60,608 bases of DNA from Rhodoferax sp. (GTDB lineage: Bacteria; Pseudomonadota; Gammaproteobacteria; Burkholderiales; Burkholderiaceae_C), in NCBI GenBank assembly GCA_031372035.1, contig JANMKM010000409.1:1-60608 (forward strand). Reading direction: 5' to 3'. Under the pieces are notes generated by a model, which saw only the letters and a list, made by a program, of their open reading frames with translations, was not told where the DNA came from and ran no database searches. A program made the translations under genes and the position numbers. This document shows, piece by piece, positions 59,224 through 60,608 of this stretch (its first letter is position 1; the number at the start of each line of letters is the position of its first letter).

Positions 59224-60608
59224 ATGCACACGCACGACGCCATCGTCATCGGCAGCGGCCAGGCTGGGCCTTTCCTGGCCGTGCGCTTGGCGCAGTCTGG
59301 CTTGAAGATTGCGCTGATTGAGCGCGAACACTACGGCGGCACCTGCGTCAATGATGGCTGCATCCCGACCAAGACGCTCGTCGCCAGCGCGCGCACGGCC
59401 CACATGGCCCGGCGCGCGGCGGAGTACGGCGTGACGCTGGGCGGGTCCGTCAGCGTAGACATGAAGGCGGTGATGGCGCGCAAGGACCGCATCGTGCAGC
59501 AGTCGGTAAGCAGCCTGACACAGTGGCTGCAGGGCACTTCCGGGCTGGATCTGGTGTGTGGCCACGCCCGCTTCACGGCCACCGATGCCATAAGGGTCGG
59601 CGAACGAGCGTTGTCCGCGCCGAAGATCTTCATCAACGTCGGTGGACGTCCCGTTCTGCCGGACTGGCCCGGCATCGACAGCATTCCCGTGCTGACCAAC
59701 ACCAGCATCATGAGCTTGGATGTGCTGCCGGAACACCTGATCGTGGTCGGCGGCAGTTACATCGGGCTGGAGTTCGCACAGATGTTCCGGCGCTTCGGCG
59801 CGCAGGTCACGGTGCTTGAAGTGGCCGAGCGTTTGATCGCGCGCGAGGACACCGAAGTCTCTGCCGAGGTGCAAGCCATCCTGGAACGCGAAGGCGTGCG
59901 CTTCGTGCTGGGGGTGCGCAATGGGCGCGTCGAGTGCCGCGGCGACCAGATTCAGGTGACGTGCGAGGCCGGCGGCGTCGCACACGAGGTCACGGCCAGC
60001 CATCTGCTGGCGGCCGTGGGCCGGCGGCCCAACACCGACGACCTGGGGCTGCAGGCCGCCGGCATCGCCACCGACAGCTGCGGCTTCATCACGGTGGACG
60101 ACCAGCTGCGCACCAACGTGCCTGGCGTCTGGGCGTTGGGCGATGCCAACGGCCGCGGAGCCTTCACGCACACGGCTTATAACGACTTCGAGATCGTCGC
60201 CGCCAACCTGCTCGACGGGGGCCAGCGCAGCGTCAACGACCGCATCCCCGCGTACGCACTGTTCATCGATCCGCCGCTGGGGCGCGCCGGCATGAGCGAA
60301 GCCCAGGTGCGGGCGAGCGGCCGGCCGGCTCTGGTCGGCGTGATGCCGATGAGCCGCGTCGGCCGCGCCAAGGAGCGCGGCGAAACGCAGGGCTTCATGA
60401 AGGTGCTCGTCGACGCACAGACCGAACGCATACTGGGTGCTTCGCTGCTCTGCATCGAAGGCGACGAGATCGTCCACACGCTGCTCGACGTGATGGCCGC
60501 CGACGCCTCGTACCGCGTGGTGCAGCGTGCCGTGCACATCCACCCCACCGTGAGTGAGTTGATTCCGACCTTGCTCGGGCAACTGGTCCCGCTGCCGTCC
60601 CAGGAGCC
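59224..60608 (+). CDS. Pyridine nucleotide-disulfide oxidoreductase (MerA/RclA-like, 3' partial)
   Basis: GSGQAG, GGTCVNDGCIPTK, GGSYIGLE, HIHPTVSE; no stop within the window (missing from the ORF track). Confidence 0.9.
   Translation, partial: MHTHDAIVIGSGQAGPFLAVRLAQSGLKIALIEREHYGGTCVNDGCIPTKTLVASARTAHMARRAAEYGVTLGGSVSVDMKAVMARKDRIVQQSVSSLTQWLQGTSGLDLVCGHARFTATDAIRVGERALSAPKIFINVGGRPVLPDWPGIDSIPVLTNTSIMSLDVLPEHLIVVGGSYIGLEFAQMFRRFGAQVTVLEVAERLIAREDTEVSAEVQAILEREGVRFVLGVRNGRVECRGDQIQVTCEAGGVAHEVTASHLLAAVGRRPNTDDLGLQAAGIATDSCGFITVDDQLRTNVPGVWALGDANGRGAFTHTAYNDFEIVAANLLDGGQRSVNDRIPAYALFIDPPLGRAGMSEAQVRASGRPALVGVMPMSRVGRAKERGETQGFMKVLVDAQTERILGASLLCIEGDEIVHTLLDVMAADASYRVVQRAVHIHPTVSELIPTLLGQLVPLPSQE

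Larger units (their letters stand above)
30240..60608. mobile_element. Putative accessory island or horizontally acquired region (right boundary outside window)
   Basis: Switch from core genes to accessory genes, at least six gene fragments, a shared promoter motif confined to this half; no integrase, IS or tRNA seen. Confidence 0.45.

Noticed and set aside
59224-60608. Mercury resistance (merA)
   Set aside because: No NmerA domain, no C-terminal Cys-Cys within the window, and no merR/T/P nearby

Overview
GC-rich betaproteobacterial DNA, inferred to be Burkholderiales/Comamonadaceae-like, from the origin-proximal region. It has two distinct halves. Positions 1 to ~30.2 kb are core chromosome: 3' gyrB, lysM, a degenerate Fic, an orphan type IVa pilin with a sigma-54 site, a DAHP synthase, a GGDEF protein, a redox cluster (pirin/nemA/gst/FMN reductase), a vapBC-type TA pair abutting mnmG-rsmG-parA-parB (two parS sites), two tandem secreted paralogues, and dispersed short repeats. 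From ~30.2 kb to the end is an accessory, pseudogene-rich region with no integrase or tRNA in the window. Its most striking feature is a bipartite motif, TGTAAN-N16-CGAC, found ten times (7 exact, 3 near-exact), always just upstream of a gene and in the sense orientation. It looks like the promoter of the resident ECF sigma factor, which has two zinc-finger anti-sigmas. The putative regulon ties together (i) three Rieske-fusion proteins (membrane ferric-reductase-like, TPP enzyme, glutamate-synthase FMN domain) plus an Anbu protease, with a glutaminase divergent from them, (ii) an ATP-grasp/DedA/OlsB/OlsA/hydrolase/DinB/YHS/DoxX/NRDE envelope cluster, (iii) a phospholipase D and (iv) a LysR/ndh/bdh/patatin locus. 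All calls come from manual motif reading; no database searches were run.
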